A program made the translations under genes and the position numbers. The notes beneath the pieces are model-generated. The model was given only the letters and a program-made list of their open reading frames with translations. It made no database searches and was not told the DNA's origin. Below, piece by piece: positions 16,723 through 26,591 of a DNA stretch of 64,000 nt (its first letter is position 1; each line of letters begins with the position of its first letter). Where the stretch lies: assembly GCA_049515895.1 (NCBI GenBank), contig JBEKTQ010000004.1, positions 32,001 through 96,000 of the forward strand. Reading direction: 5' to 3'. This DNA comes from Candidatus Bathyarchaeia archaeon (lineage in GTDB: Archaea > Thermoproteota > Bathyarchaeia > Bathyarchaeales > Bathycorpusculaceae).

Positions 16723-17280
16723 TTACTCTACCACGTATCTGTATGTTATGTGTTCACCTGCTGTGGTGCTTTTTCTCGTGATTTTAAGAACATCTCCAGG
16801 CTTTGCGCCTATCGCTTTTACTGCGGGGTCACCTGACTTTATCTGCGGTATCTGGTAGGGTTTAACCTTGTATTGCGTGAGAAGCTGGGTTTTTTCTTTT
16901 TCGGTTAGGATTTCATGCAGTGGGACTAGTGCGTGTTCGAAAATGTCAAAGACTGGGAAAGACTTTGGTAGCAGTTCAACCTGCTTCTTTTTTGCGCCAA
17001 GTTTCACTGCATGGGTGTAACGTCCTTCGGTGACGACTATTGCGCGGTCGATTTCTTTTTCTTTCATCACTTTGTACAGGGTGTTCATTGCGGCTATGCC
17101 TACGGTTGCTTCACCCAAAATGCACCAAATTAACGCTTTTTCTTTGTCTTGCGGAATATCAATTATGTAGGCTATTGCGCCTTCATACTTACCTGTTTCT
17201 TTTTCGAGAAGCTTGTATTTTCGAAGTTTAATCAGGACTTCTGCCTTTCGTTCTTCAATCGATTCAAGTTTAGTTGACAA
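16723..17280 (-). CDS. rpoH: RNA polymerase subunit Rpo5/RpoH with RPB5-like N-terminal domain
   Basis: C-terminal ~75 aa: [50 protein letters not shown]; about 110 extra N-terminal residues. Confidence 0.9.
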   Translation of the reverse strand: MSTKLESIEERKAEVLIKLRKYKLLEKETGKYEGAIAYIIDIPQDKEKALIWCILGEATVGIAAMNTLYKVMKEKEIDRAIVVTEGRYTHAVKLGAKKKQVELLPKSFPVFDIFEHALVPLHEILTEKEKTQLLTQYKVKPYQIPQIKSGDPAVKAIGAKPGDVLKITRKSTTAGEHITYRYVVE

Positions 17281-17447
17281 ACTATAAACCTCAAAGATCG
17301 GGAATACGCGAAACCATAACTTACTTTAACCCTTAAACTTTTCCCTCAAAACGGAAAATCCCAAGCACTTTCTTGTCATATTCATCTGCGAATCTGTTAA
17401 TTGCTGAAAATAACCGGCCTTAAAATCTTTGAGGGATTGCAAGTGGC

Positions 17448-17963
17448 TTAACCTGGCAGCACAGTTACGAATCCGCCCATGAAACCTATTTGATCGGGTT
17501 GGCCATCGCTGCCTGTAGTCATCGCCCAGCCTCCTGCACCGGAGTCGCATGGGTAACTGCAGTACCAGCGGTAGACGCCAGCGTTGGCTTCCGTAAACTG
17601 GAAATTGGACACCGTTGGGGTCCCTGTGGTGTTGCTTGGTGGGATTGCGAAATTCACATTTAATGTGGGGCTTGTGAATGAATGCTCGCTGCCGTCGTAG
17701 TTCACAACGGTGAGATAAACAACTTGATTTGTATAGACTGTGAAGTTGCAAGGAACAAAGGCGTCGTGAAGCTTGCCGTCGGGACCAAGAGCCAAGTTGC
17801 CTTGAACCACCAACGTAATGTCTGCAGTTTCGCTGGAAGCTTTGCCGTTAACAGTTGTTGAAGGTTTCAGGTTGTACCCAATAATCGCTCCAAGCACGGC
17901 AACGGCCAGTAAAACAACGATGATTGCGGCAACTGCGAAACCTTTCGGAAAATCACCGCTCGT
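17448..17963 (-). CDS. Membrane-anchored cupredoxin-fold protein (start uncertain)
   Basis: VYLTVVNYD..HSFT, FQFTEANAGVYRWYC..PC, MGGFVTV; the open frame extends upstream of GTG 17897 through a hydrophobic helix to ACG at 17963. Confidence 0.7.
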   Translation of the reverse strand, partial: TSGDFPKGFAVAAIIVVLLAVAVLGAIIGYNLKPSTTVNGKASSETADITLVVQGNLALGPDGKLHDAFVPCNFTVYTNQVVYLTVVNYDGSEHSFTSPTLNVNFAIPPSNTTGTPTVSNFQFTEANAGVYRWYCSYPCDSGAGGWAMTTGSDGQPDQIGFMGGFVTVLPG

Positions 17964-18061
17964 ACTTTATCGCCACAGACAGAATTGACATTGATTCTTT
18001 AATATTTCAACAGGTTTAAATAGATAATTGATTAAGAGATGGATTTTAAAAAAGTGAAAAC

Positions 18062-18640
18062 TTAACCTCTGACTAGTTTGTAGCCTATTTTTACTCCCAT
18101 ATTGTAGCTGTAGGCTAGATTGATTATCATTACTCCCATTGCCTCTAGGTACCGCGCAGCCTTAAGTGGGCCGCAGTCCACGGAGTCAAACCCGATGTCA
18201 CGTGTTAACCGAGCGACTGTCTGTTTAGCTTTTAAGTCGTCGCCAGCCATAAAAGCCGTCAACTGTTCGTTGCCTATCTTGCCTGTGCTTTGGTTGCTGG
18301 CAAAAACGGTGTTGAATGCTTTGACTACCCGTGCTTTGGGTAGCTTCTTTTGGGTTTCTTCTGCTGTGGAGGTTGTGCAGATTATTCCTAAATCACCGTG
18401 GGGTCCTACGGCGTTCATGACATCGATGACAATTTTCCCTTCCGTGAAAGGCGCGATTTCATTAATCGCTTCATCTGCGTTACCGTGGGGTACTGCTAAT
18501 ATGATTATTTCTCCCCATTTCGCCGCTTCAGCAACTGGCTCTGTGGGGCTTCTGTGACCAAACTTCACTTTATGCTTTCCACTTAGGCCCTTGCCAAGTG
18601 AAGTGCCAACGTTGCCTTTTCCGATGATTGCAATTTTCAA
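18062..18640 (-). CDS. F420-dependent NADP oxidoreductase family protein
   Basis: IIGKGNVG, IILAVP, IDVMN, VVKAFNT, AGDD, GPLKAARYLE. Confidence 0.82.
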   Translation of the reverse strand: MKIAIIGKGNVGTSLGKGLSGKHKVKFGHRSPTEPVAEAAKWGEIIILAVPHGNADEAINEIAPFTEGKIVIDVMNAVGPHGDLGIICTTSTAEETQKKLPKARVVKAFNTVFASNQSTGKIGNEQLTAFMAGDDLKAKQTVARLTRDIGFDSVDCGPLKAARYLEAMGVMIINLAYSYNMGVKIGYKLVRG

Positions 18641-18773
18641 AGTTTTACCTCAACCTATGTGGTTTGGTTGTGGCTCTTTAGAAGTTGTGACTGTGTGATG
18701 CCTACAACAACCGCTTCTAAAGGAAGCTAAGGGGTTAAAAGTTATGGATTTTGGCTCTTTTTAAAAAATATGC

Positions 18774-20513
18774 TTATCCAGTGGCGTATGGTTTGCCGCC
18801 CACTATGTTTGAGCTGTCGATGCTGTTTGGCTCAGAGTTTTGAAGGATCAGGTTATTGGTGTTTCCGTTGATTTCGTTGCTTCTGAACACATTGTAAGTT
18901 GAATTGACAAGAAGGACTCCCACGTAGTTGTCGGTTACAATATTGTTGTTTACTGTGCAGTTTTGGGCGTTTTCAAGCAGAATCCCAGTGCCTATCGCGG
19001 CTGAAGGGGAACCGGTGTTCTTGATTGTGAACCCAGTCACGGCCACGTTGTCGGCATCAATCGAAAGCACTGTTCCGTTATCCGCGCCGTCTATTATGGT
19101 GGTCTGGTTGTTTTGGCTGGTAAATGTTAAGGGTTTGTTGACTGCGACGTTTTCTTGGTACGTCCCAGACTTAACGAGAAGCAAGTGGCCTTCGTAGGTT
19201 GCGAAGGATGACACCGCGTCTTGGATGGTGTTGTATCCTAAACTGTCGTTTAAGTCTACGATTTGGTAGTTCGCACCGTTTTCAAAGTTTTGCGGCCAAT
19301 AGAGGCTTTTGCTGTATTCGCTTTGAATCAAGCTTCGGAATTGGGGGTCGCTGTAGACGATGTCTAAGCGCCCCTTGTATTTGGCGACAAGGTTTGTGAT
19401 GTCGGTGTAGAGTTGCCGGCTCCAATGAGTGGCTGTGTGATTTTGCCATATTGAATCATCTATGTTGCGGAAGCCGATCCCGTAGTCTTGCGGGAGCACA
19501 ACGGCGGCGTCTGCTTTGAGGCTGCCATAATTGTTAGGGTTTTGATGCATGTAGCTCCAGAATTCCTGAAGCTTAGTGCGGTATTGTGGGTTTAAAGTCG
19601 TATTCAGGTAGTTCTGCGTCGAGTCATAAATGGCTACGTATGATGCGCCTGAATCATAAGCCAAGACGATGTCGCTGTACATTTGATCGGGAGGCTCCAA
19701 GTAGATTCCACCATTAGTTGTTCCATTGTATGTCCAGGTCACGATGGCGCCCCAAGTCTGGTTCTGGGCCGCCGCAGCGCCTCTGACTAGGCTAATCTGC
19801 ATCGGTCTGCTGTCATTCCAGCCGAACTGCGCCAAAACTGTGTTGTACCCGAGTTCATAGTCAAACCAATACAAGCCGTAATCAGAAGTAAATAGCGAGG
19901 AATTTCTGCTCTTGAAGAAGCTGGAAGTTGCAGTTAGGCCGCCGCCGCTGCCATGTGTCCAAAGCCAAAAGAAGTAGTTGGTATAGTCCAAGTAGCTTTT
20001 CGCTGGAGAAGTTGGGGTTATGATAGTTTGGTTTTCTATGATTTGGGTTGTGTCCAGTTGGCTTCCCGCAGGTTCATCATAATAGTAGACGCCGAGCAAA
20101 TGGTCTCCATACCGCTCTTGAGCCGCATTGAACCATTCGTAGGGTGTGTAGCCGTTTTGATTTAAGAAGAACTGTTGGTAGAACTCGGGCATAAAGTACA
20201 TTCCTGCTGTGTAGGCGTAGTCACATACTTGGTTAAGCTCCGTCTCATTCTTGATGACTTGCGGCGACGCGATAATGTACATGTTAGTGTAATTTTTGAC
20301 TTGGTCAATTATGGCTTCACATTGGGCAACCGTGGCGCTCCATCCTGTTTCAATTCCCACGTAGAAAGGCTTGGATGGCCCCTCGGTTTGTTTTGCGGGC
20401 GAAAGAAGGTTGGAAGCTACAAAGAAAGACACAATTATTATTGCTATGAGCACCGTGGCAATCAGGATTTTTCTATGCTTCACCGAGTTTGTGTCACCTG
20501 AATTAATAAGCAA
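18774..20513 (-). CDS. Secreted/membrane-anchored protein: catalytic-type N-terminal domain plus C-terminal parallel beta-helix (NosD/PbH1)
   Basis: N-terminal TM; YYYDEP motif; C-terminal YNTIQDAV..GTYQENVAVNKPL..IIDG..TGFTIKN..GILL beta-helix repeats. Confidence 0.72.
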   Translation of the reverse strand: MLINSGDTNSVKHRKILIATVLIAIIIVSFFVASNLLSPAKQTEGPSKPFYVGIETGWSATVAQCEAIIDQVKNYTNMYIIASPQVIKNETELNQVCDYAYTAGMYFMPEFYQQFFLNQNGYTPYEWFNAAQERYGDHLLGVYYYDEPAGSQLDTTQIIENQTIITPTSPAKSYLDYTNYFFWLWTHGSGGGLTATSSFFKSRNSSLFTSDYGLYWFDYELGYNTVLAQFGWNDSRPMQISLVRGAAAAQNQTWGAIVTWTYNGTTNGGIYLEPPDQMYSDIVLAYDSGASYVAIYDSTQNYLNTTLNPQYRTKLQEFWSYMHQNPNNYGSLKADAAVVLPQDYGIGFRNIDDSIWQNHTATHWSRQLYTDITNLVAKYKGRLDIVYSDPQFRSLIQSEYSKSLYWPQNFENGANYQIVDLNDSLGYNTIQDAVSSFATYEGHLLLVKSGTYQENVAVNKPLTFTSQNNQTTIIDGADNGTVLSIDADNVAVTGFTIKNTGSPSAAIGTGILLENAQNCTVNNNIVTDNYVGVLLVNSTYNVFRSNEINGNTNNLILQNSEPNSIDSSNIVGGKPYATG

Positions 20514-20630
20514 TTTTCATTCACTTATTTACTTCTGTTCTAGATCTACGAAATCAGGGCACAACTTGCGCTCTCCATGCTAAAGGCTTTAAGCAATCCG
20601 TAATATAACAAACGGCTGAGGTGTGAAACT

Positions 20631-21527
20631 TTGGACAAGACAGACGTTATACTAAGCCAGCTGCTGCTCTCAGACTCCCGACTTTCTTACCGCGAACTAG
20701 GCGAGAAACTGAACCTTTCTGTGACGGCAGTTCACAACCGCATTCAATCCCTAATCCAGCTTGGCATCATAAGGAAGTTCACCGCTAAACTCAGCCTAAT
20801 AGCCAAAAACGGCATTCCTATCTTAATCTTCGGGACCTCAAAACTCAATTCGACCCGGGACTTAAACCCCAAACTGGAAAGGAACCGGTCTATTTACTGG
20901 CTGGCACTTAGTGGCGGAAACATCCTGTACATTGGCGCTTACCTCAAGAACATTGCTGAATTGGAAGGGCTGGTTCGCTTCGTCAAAGAAGCGGCTCAGA
21001 TCCCTGAGCCCACAGTCGGAATAACCGTTTCTTCTGTACCTGCCTCCATGCAATTCAACTTTAATCCTGAAACAAAACTTTGTGAGCTTGACTATAGAAT
21101 TGTCCGTTCACTAAAAGATGATTCGCGCAAAGCTACCTCAAAGGTTGCTGAGGAGATAGGTGTTTCCGCTAAAACGGTTCGCCGTAGACTAACTCGAATG
21201 ACAAAGAACTATCTCATCACGCTGTCTATAGACTGGTACCCTGATGCTTCAAACGACATAATCTCCGCTTTCCACGTTCAGCTCAAACCTGAAGCTGACC
21301 CAAACGCCGTTAACGCAATCTGGCAGAAACATTACCCGAACGCGCTTTTCTATTGGGGTTTCAGCAACATACCGAACACCTACCTTTTTCTGGTTTGGAC
21401 ACCTACCGCAAAGGAACTACGTGAAATTCGAGAAAGCCTGGAAAACGAATCAGCAGTGCAGGCGGTGTCACCGAACATCTTGTACACAGGTTACATTTTC
21501 CCGACGTGGATCGATGACATTCCATAA
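20631..21527 (+). CDS. Lrp/AsnC-family regulator with duplicated wHTH
   Basis: DSRLSYRELGEKLNLSVTAVHNRI and DSRKATSKVAEEIGVSAKTVRRRL. Confidence 0.85.
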   Translation: MDKTDVILSQLLLSDSRLSYRELGEKLNLSVTAVHNRIQSLIQLGIIRKFTAKLSLIAKNGIPILIFGTSKLNSTRDLNPKLERNRSIYWLALSGGNILYIGAYLKNIAELEGLVRFVKEAAQIPEPTVGITVSSVPASMQFNFNPETKLCELDYRIVRSLKDDSRKATSKVAEEIGVSAKTVRRRLTRMTKNYLITLSIDWYPDASNDIISAFHVQLKPEADPNAVNAIWQKHYPNALFYWGFSNIPNTYLFLVWTPTAKELREIRESLENESAVQAVSPNILYTGYIFPTWIDDIP

Positions 21528-21655
21528 AACTGGGCAAGTCCCGTTCTTTCACCCATTTTAGTTGAAAGCAGACTTTCTAGGCTCTGCCAAGTGCATTTCT
21601 TTCTGCAACTCCTAAACATGAAACTAAATTGCGCCGCGCCTATTGGGAACTTGAG

Positions 21656-22411
21656 ATGACCAAAATGTCGGAATCAGCAATAGAAATCAGAAACCTCACC
21701 AAAAAATTCGAAGACAAGGCGGCGCTGAACAGCCTCAACCTTAAAGTCGGTAAAGGCGAACTATTCGGGCTTCTGGGGCCAAATGGCGCAGGCAAAACAA
21801 CCACCATCAACATCCTATGCGGAATCATGAAACCCACAGGTGGTACAGCCAAAATCTGCGGCTACGACGTTCAGACCGAAACTCAGAAAGTCAAGGAGCT
21901 AATCGGGGTTTGCCCTCAAGAAACAGCCATCTACCCCTACTTATCTGGCGTAGAAAACCTGCAGCTTTTCGGGAACCTACATTGCATGAGCAAGAAGATG
22001 CTTAGAGAAAGGATCAGATTGCTGCTTTCTACATTGGGGCTTGAGGACGACGCGAAAAGAGTGGCGGCAAAATACAGCGGCGGAATGAAACGGCGCCTTA
22101 GTTTGGCTTTGGCTTTAATTCATAACCCACAAGTAGTGTTTCTGGATGAGCCCACAGTAGCTATGGATCCGCAGTCTCGCCACGCAGTCTGGGGCTTCAT
22201 AAAAAACCAAAAAACCAACGGCAAAACCGTTGTTTTAACCACTCATTACATGGAGGAAGCCGAGGAAATATGCGACCGAGTAGGCATAATTGACCACGGG
22301 AAACTCATCGCGCAAGGCATCCCAAAAGAGCTCATTGCCAAAAGCCAAGTCAAGAATCTGGAGGAACTTTTCATTAAACTTACAGGAAGAACCATCCGGG
22401 AGGAAGCCTAA
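21656..22411 (+). CDS. ABC-2 type exporter ATP-binding subunit
   Basis: GPNGAGKTT, YSGGMKRR, FLDEPT, TTHYMEEA. Confidence 0.9.
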   Translation: MTKMSESAIEIRNLTKKFEDKAALNSLNLKVGKGELFGLLGPNGAGKTTTINILCGIMKPTGGTAKICGYDVQTETQKVKELIGVCPQETAIYPYLSGVENLQLFGNLHCMSKKMLRERIRLLLSTLGLEDDAKRVAAKYSGGMKRRLSLALALIHNPQVVFLDEPTVAMDPQSRHAVWGFIKNQKTNGKTVVLTTHYMEEAEEICDRVGIIDHGKLIAQGIPKELIAKSQVKNLEELFIKLTGRTIREEA

Positions 22412-23566
22412 ATGAAACTGCAACGAATAACTGCATTAGCCAAGAAGGAACTCAAAAGAACAATACGCGAACCATCCGTGCTCTTCATGATTTTCCTTTT
22501 CCCCATAATCTTTGTATTCGCCTTCGGGGCATCGTTCGGCGGAGTAGGCGGCCAAACAGTAACATACAACGTCGGTGTCGTCAACATGGACCATTCAAAC
22601 AGCGTTAACGCCTCACAAATACTTGTCACAACGTTAGTTGACACCAAGATAATCGATTTGCACTTTTACACCAGCAATGAAACTGCGCAAACAGACCTTT
22701 CTCAAGGCACAGTGCAGGCAGTAATGGTTATTCCGTCGGATTTCAGCGAAGGCCTATCTGCTTACCAAGCATCACCGAATAACCCTTCCCAATGGACAAA
22801 CACCACGGTTCAACTGTACCTTGACGAAGGCTCCTTAGTTGCAACCCAAGCAATCCCGCCAATCATTCAACAAGCCGTTGCATCCATGGCGGGGCAGAAC
22901 CAGCATGTTCAGAGTCCCTTCCAGATCCAAACCGCTTCACTGGTTGCAGCAAAAGCAACCCCAGCTCTTGACTTCATCGCACCAGGCATGTTTACCTTTG
23001 CGTCTATTTTCCTGATAATGATGGTTGCCCAATCGTTCACCCAGGACAGGGAAAACGGCATGATGAAACGCATCCGCATCTCGCCTACAACGCCCACCGA
23101 GTTCATGGCAAGCCAAGTCGTTTCTTACACGGGCATCGCGCTAATCCAAGCGGCCTTAGTCTTCGCAATGACCTATGCCTTAGGCTTCAGACCACCTGTC
23201 GGGGCATCCACATACGGGTTTGCCTTCATGATCGTGCTTGTGTTTTCGCTTTCCAACATTGGGTTCGGCTTAATTACCGCAACAATTTCAAAATCCGCGA
23301 GTGCAGCAACAGGCTTAAGCTTCCTGTTCGTGCTTCCGCAACTTTTCCTAGGCACATTCGTTGGTGCATCGCTTTCTTCAGGCGCTCAAGTCGCAGGCAA
23401 ATTCGTTCCCAGCTACTACGTCACAAACGCGTTAACGTCGCTTTTCCTCAGAGGCGCCGCAGTCACAAGCCCAACGGTTCTTGTTGATTTGGCGGTGGTT
23501 TCAGTGTCTTGTGTAGCTATCTTGGCGATAGGGATAGCGCTGTATGCAAGGTACTACAAAATTTAA
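22412..23566 (+). CDS. ABC-2 type exporter permease
   Basis: N-terminal TM, large extracellular loop, five C-terminal TMs, DRENGMMKRIRISP; abuts the ATPase gene. Confidence 0.88.
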   Translation: MKLQRITALAKKELKRTIREPSVLFMIFLFPIIFVFAFGASFGGVGGQTVTYNVGVVNMDHSNSVNASQILVTTLVDTKIIDLHFYTSNETAQTDLSQGTVQAVMVIPSDFSEGLSAYQASPNNPSQWTNTTVQLYLDEGSLVATQAIPPIIQQAVASMAGQNQHVQSPFQIQTASLVAAKATPALDFIAPGMFTFASIFLIMMVAQSFTQDRENGMMKRIRISPTTPTEFMASQVVSYTGIALIQAALVFAMTYALGFRPPVGASTYGFAFMIVLVFSLSNIGFGLITATISKSASAATGLSFLFVLPQLFLGTFVGASLSSGAQVAGKFVPSYYVTNALTSLFLRGAAVTSPTVLVDLAVVSVSCVAILAIGIALYARYYKI

Positions 23567-23627
23567 CTCTCTTTCTTTATGTAATCTTTTTTATCTAAGC
23601 GCTCTCTTGAATACTTGAGGTTTCTTT

Positions 23628-24581
23628 TTGAAATTAAGAGAAGCATTTTCCGATGAGTTCGAACCAGTTCCACCTTACAGCTTCGACCTTACTTTGCGCA
23701 AGCCGGCTGGCTGGTGGTGGTCCACACCTGACGAAGTCTTCGAGGCGGGAACTTGCTGGACCCTCACACGGTTTGGCGGCGAACTTTTAGGTATGAAACT
23801 GTGGTCAACTGGAACTGTGCAGAAACCCAAAATAAACTGCACCATTTACTCCAAAACCGCCTTTGACGCCTCCGACACACAAGGTGTAAAGCAGATGCTG
23901 AAAATGGCGCTGAAGATAGATGAAGACCTCAAAGAATTCTATAAACTCAGCGGCAAAGACGACATTTTGTGTGACGTGGTCAAGGATTTGTTCGGCATGC
24001 ACACCGTGGGTTGGCCTGAGTTGTTTCCCGCCTTGATTTTAGCCGTAACGCTACAGATGGCGCCCATGAAAAGAAGCAACCAAATGATTGACTCACTGAT
24101 TACAATGTTCGGCGACAAAGCCAGTTTTGACGGAAAAACCATGAGTTACTGGCCCTCTTCCGAAACAATTGCCAAGTCTGCTGTTGAAGATCTTATGGCT
24201 AAGGCTAAACTTGGGTACAGAGCCAAAAACCTCAGGGCGATAGCAGAGGCGTTGGACCAAGGTTTTCCCAGCATGGATGACTTGTGGATCATGGCTCCTG
24301 AAGAGGCGAAGAAAAAGCTACGTACCTTAAGAGGAATCGGCGACTACTCAGCGGAACTTGTGATGCCGAGGATGGGGTTTCCGCTTGACGTTTGGAGCGC
24401 CAAAATTTTCAGTGTCCTATTTCACGGCAAGAGACCTGGCAATCCACGGGAAGCCATACCTACTCTCAAGAAGGCTGCGGAGGAGCGATGGGGTGACTGG
24501 AGGGGTTACGCTTTTGTCTACATCCTAAATGATCTGCCTCAACTATCAGAGAGATTAGGTGTTGACTTCACCAAATTCTAA
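23628..24581 (+). CDS. HhH-GPD DNA glycosylase (AlkA/Ogg-like)
   Basis: KLGYRAK, LRGIGDYSA helix-hairpin-helix, FPLDVW catalytic Asp, WRGYA. Confidence 0.85.
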   Translation: MKLREAFSDEFEPVPPYSFDLTLRKPAGWWWSTPDEVFEAGTCWTLTRFGGELLGMKLWSTGTVQKPKINCTIYSKTAFDASDTQGVKQMLKMALKIDEDLKEFYKLSGKDDILCDVVKDLFGMHTVGWPELFPALILAVTLQMAPMKRSNQMIDSLITMFGDKASFDGKTMSYWPSSETIAKSAVEDLMAKAKLGYRAKNLRAIAEALDQGFPSMDDLWIMAPEEAKKKLRTLRGIGDYSAELVMPRMGFPLDVWSAKIFSVLFHGKRPGNPREAIPTLKKAAEERWGDWRGYAFVYILNDLPQLSERLGVDFTKF

Positions 24582-24697
24582 GTTATGGGGGAACTAAATC
24601 TTTAATTCCGTGACAGCCTCGTTGTTTGAAAATCCCTAACCCATTCGGGACAATGGCTATTTGGGGAGCAGCCCAATGTATCAACTAGGTATTAGAA

Positions 24698-26332
24698 ATG
24701 AGTCAAAACCAAATGTTCTGTTATCAATGCGAACAAACTGCCAAAGGGCAAGGTTGCACCGTAGCAGGCGTCTGCGGAAAAACCGCGGATGTCTCTGCAC
24801 TTCAAGACTTGCTTGTCTACATGCTCCGCGGACTTGGGCAGCTGTCAAATGAAGCCCGAGAAGCAGGGGTAAGGGATGAAGACATTGATCTGTTTGCTTG
24901 CGAAGCCCTCTTTTCTACTTTGACAAACGTGAACTTTGACCCTGAAGCAATAACTGCTTACATAAGAAAAACAGCGCATTACCAGGAGCAGGTACGTAGC
25001 AGACTTTTCGCAATAAAAGGTACAGTCAACTCGACATTTAATCTGAAGTTGGAAAAAACCACGGCCGCCCTTGTTCAACAGGGAAAACTATACGGCATAA
25101 ACTCTGGCGTCACGGTTGACCCTGACCTGCATTCGCTCCAGTGGCTGCTGACTTACGGGTTAAAAGGAGTAGCCGCCTACACGTATCATGCTGCTATGCT
25201 CGGCAAGAAAGATGATAAGGTTTTCGATTTCATAAATCAGGGACTCGCGGCTCCGATTGACAAATCGCTTGGCTCCAACGAGTTTGTAGGTTTAGTTTTC
25301 AAATGCGGAGAAATCAACGTTCGCGCAATGGAGCTTTTGGACGCTGGAAACACTGAGAAGTACGGTCATCCAACTCCTACGCGGGTGCCTTTGGGACACA
25401 AGAAGGGCAAAGCGATACTTGTTTCGGGTCATGACCTCATCGATTTGGAAGCTATTCTAAAGCAAACTGAAGGAAAAGACATTAATGTTTACACTCACGG
25501 CGAAATGCTGCCTACCCACGGCTACCCCGCTCTCAAGAAATACCCGCATTTTTACGGTCATTACGGAACCGCGTGGCAGAATCAGCAGAAAGAGTTTGCT
25601 CAATTTCCGGGCGCCATTTTGATGACGACCAACTGCATCCAAAGACCCGTAGAAAGCTATAAAGACAACATTTTCACTTCAGGACCCGTCGGGTACCCAG
25701 GCGTCCCACACATTAGCGGCAGAGACTTCTCGCCTGTGATCCAGAAAGCACTTGAAATGCCGGGTTTCCAAGAGGACGTTGTGGGCAAGACCGTTCTGGT
25801 CGGCTTTGGAAGAAACGCCGTGCTTGGCGTGGCGGACAAAGTCATAGCCTCAGTCAAGAGTGGGCACATCAAACGGTTCATACTGGTCGGTGGGTGCGAC
25901 GGAGCAAAACCTGGTAGAAACTACTTCACGGAATTTGTTGAAAAAGCACCCAAAAACACCATCATTCTAACGTTGGCATGCGGAAAATTCCGTTTCTTCG
26001 ACAAAGATCTCGGCGCAATCGATGAAATCCCACGGTTACTGGACATTGGGCAATGCAATGACGCTTACTCAGCTGTTAAGATAGCGCAGGCTTTAGGGGA
26101 AGCATTCGGCGTGTCAATCAACGAGTTGCCGCTGTCGCTAGTGCTGTCATGGTATGAACAGAAAGCCGTTGCCATTTTGCTGTCACTGCTGTACCTTGGC
26201 ATTAAAGACATTCGCATTGGACCAAGTCTGCCCGCTTTCATAACACCAGGCATACTCAACGTGCTTGTGGAAAAATTCAATATTATGCCCATAAAGACGC
26301 CTGACGAAGACTTGAAAGAAATCATGAAATAA
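24698..26332 (+). CDS. hcp: Hybrid cluster protein (hydroxylamine reductase)
   Basis: MFCYQCEQT..GCT..GVCGK, SGHDL, YTHGEMLP, TTNC, GGCDG, LACGK, GQCNDAY, WYEQKA. Confidence 0.96.
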   Translation: MSQNQMFCYQCEQTAKGQGCTVAGVCGKTADVSALQDLLVYMLRGLGQLSNEAREAGVRDEDIDLFACEALFSTLTNVNFDPEAITAYIRKTAHYQEQVRSRLFAIKGTVNSTFNLKLEKTTAALVQQGKLYGINSGVTVDPDLHSLQWLLTYGLKGVAAYTYHAAMLGKKDDKVFDFINQGLAAPIDKSLGSNEFVGLVFKCGEINVRAMELLDAGNTEKYGHPTPTRVPLGHKKGKAILVSGHDLIDLEAILKQTEGKDINVYTHGEMLPTHGYPALKKYPHFYGHYGTAWQNQQKEFAQFPGAILMTTNCIQRPVESYKDNIFTSGPVGYPGVPHISGRDFSPVIQKALEMPGFQEDVVGKTVLVGFGRNAVLGVADKVIASVKSGHIKRFILVGGCDGAKPGRNYFTEFVEKAPKNTIILTLACGKFRFFDKDLGAIDEIPRLLDIGQCNDAYSAVKIAQALGEAFGVSINELPLSLVLSWYEQKAVAILLSLLYLGIKDIRIGPSLPAFITPGILNVLVEKFNIMPIKTPDEDLKEIMK

Positions 26333-26591
26333 ACTCCCCCTTTCTTCTTTTTTAGTCTCATTTTTCTAAAGCACAATCCTGAAGAATTCTAACTCAAAAT
26401 TGAACAAAAGACATATTGATAGAACTCTTTTGCTAAAGAAAATCTACGCTAACGGACGCTCAGTTACCAGCCGAGTAACAATTAAGAATCAGACTCAGAC
26501 CGCTAAGAAAATGTTGTGAACACCACAATCTAAAAAAGGGAGTACGCATGAAACATCGACACCATGAGTCTTCCATAGGAGAAATTAGTTC

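Noticed and set aside
24640-24680. Two short hairpins in the hcp leader (CCATT/AATGG, TTGGG/CCCAA)
   Set aside because: 5-bp stems only; no recognisable RNA motif
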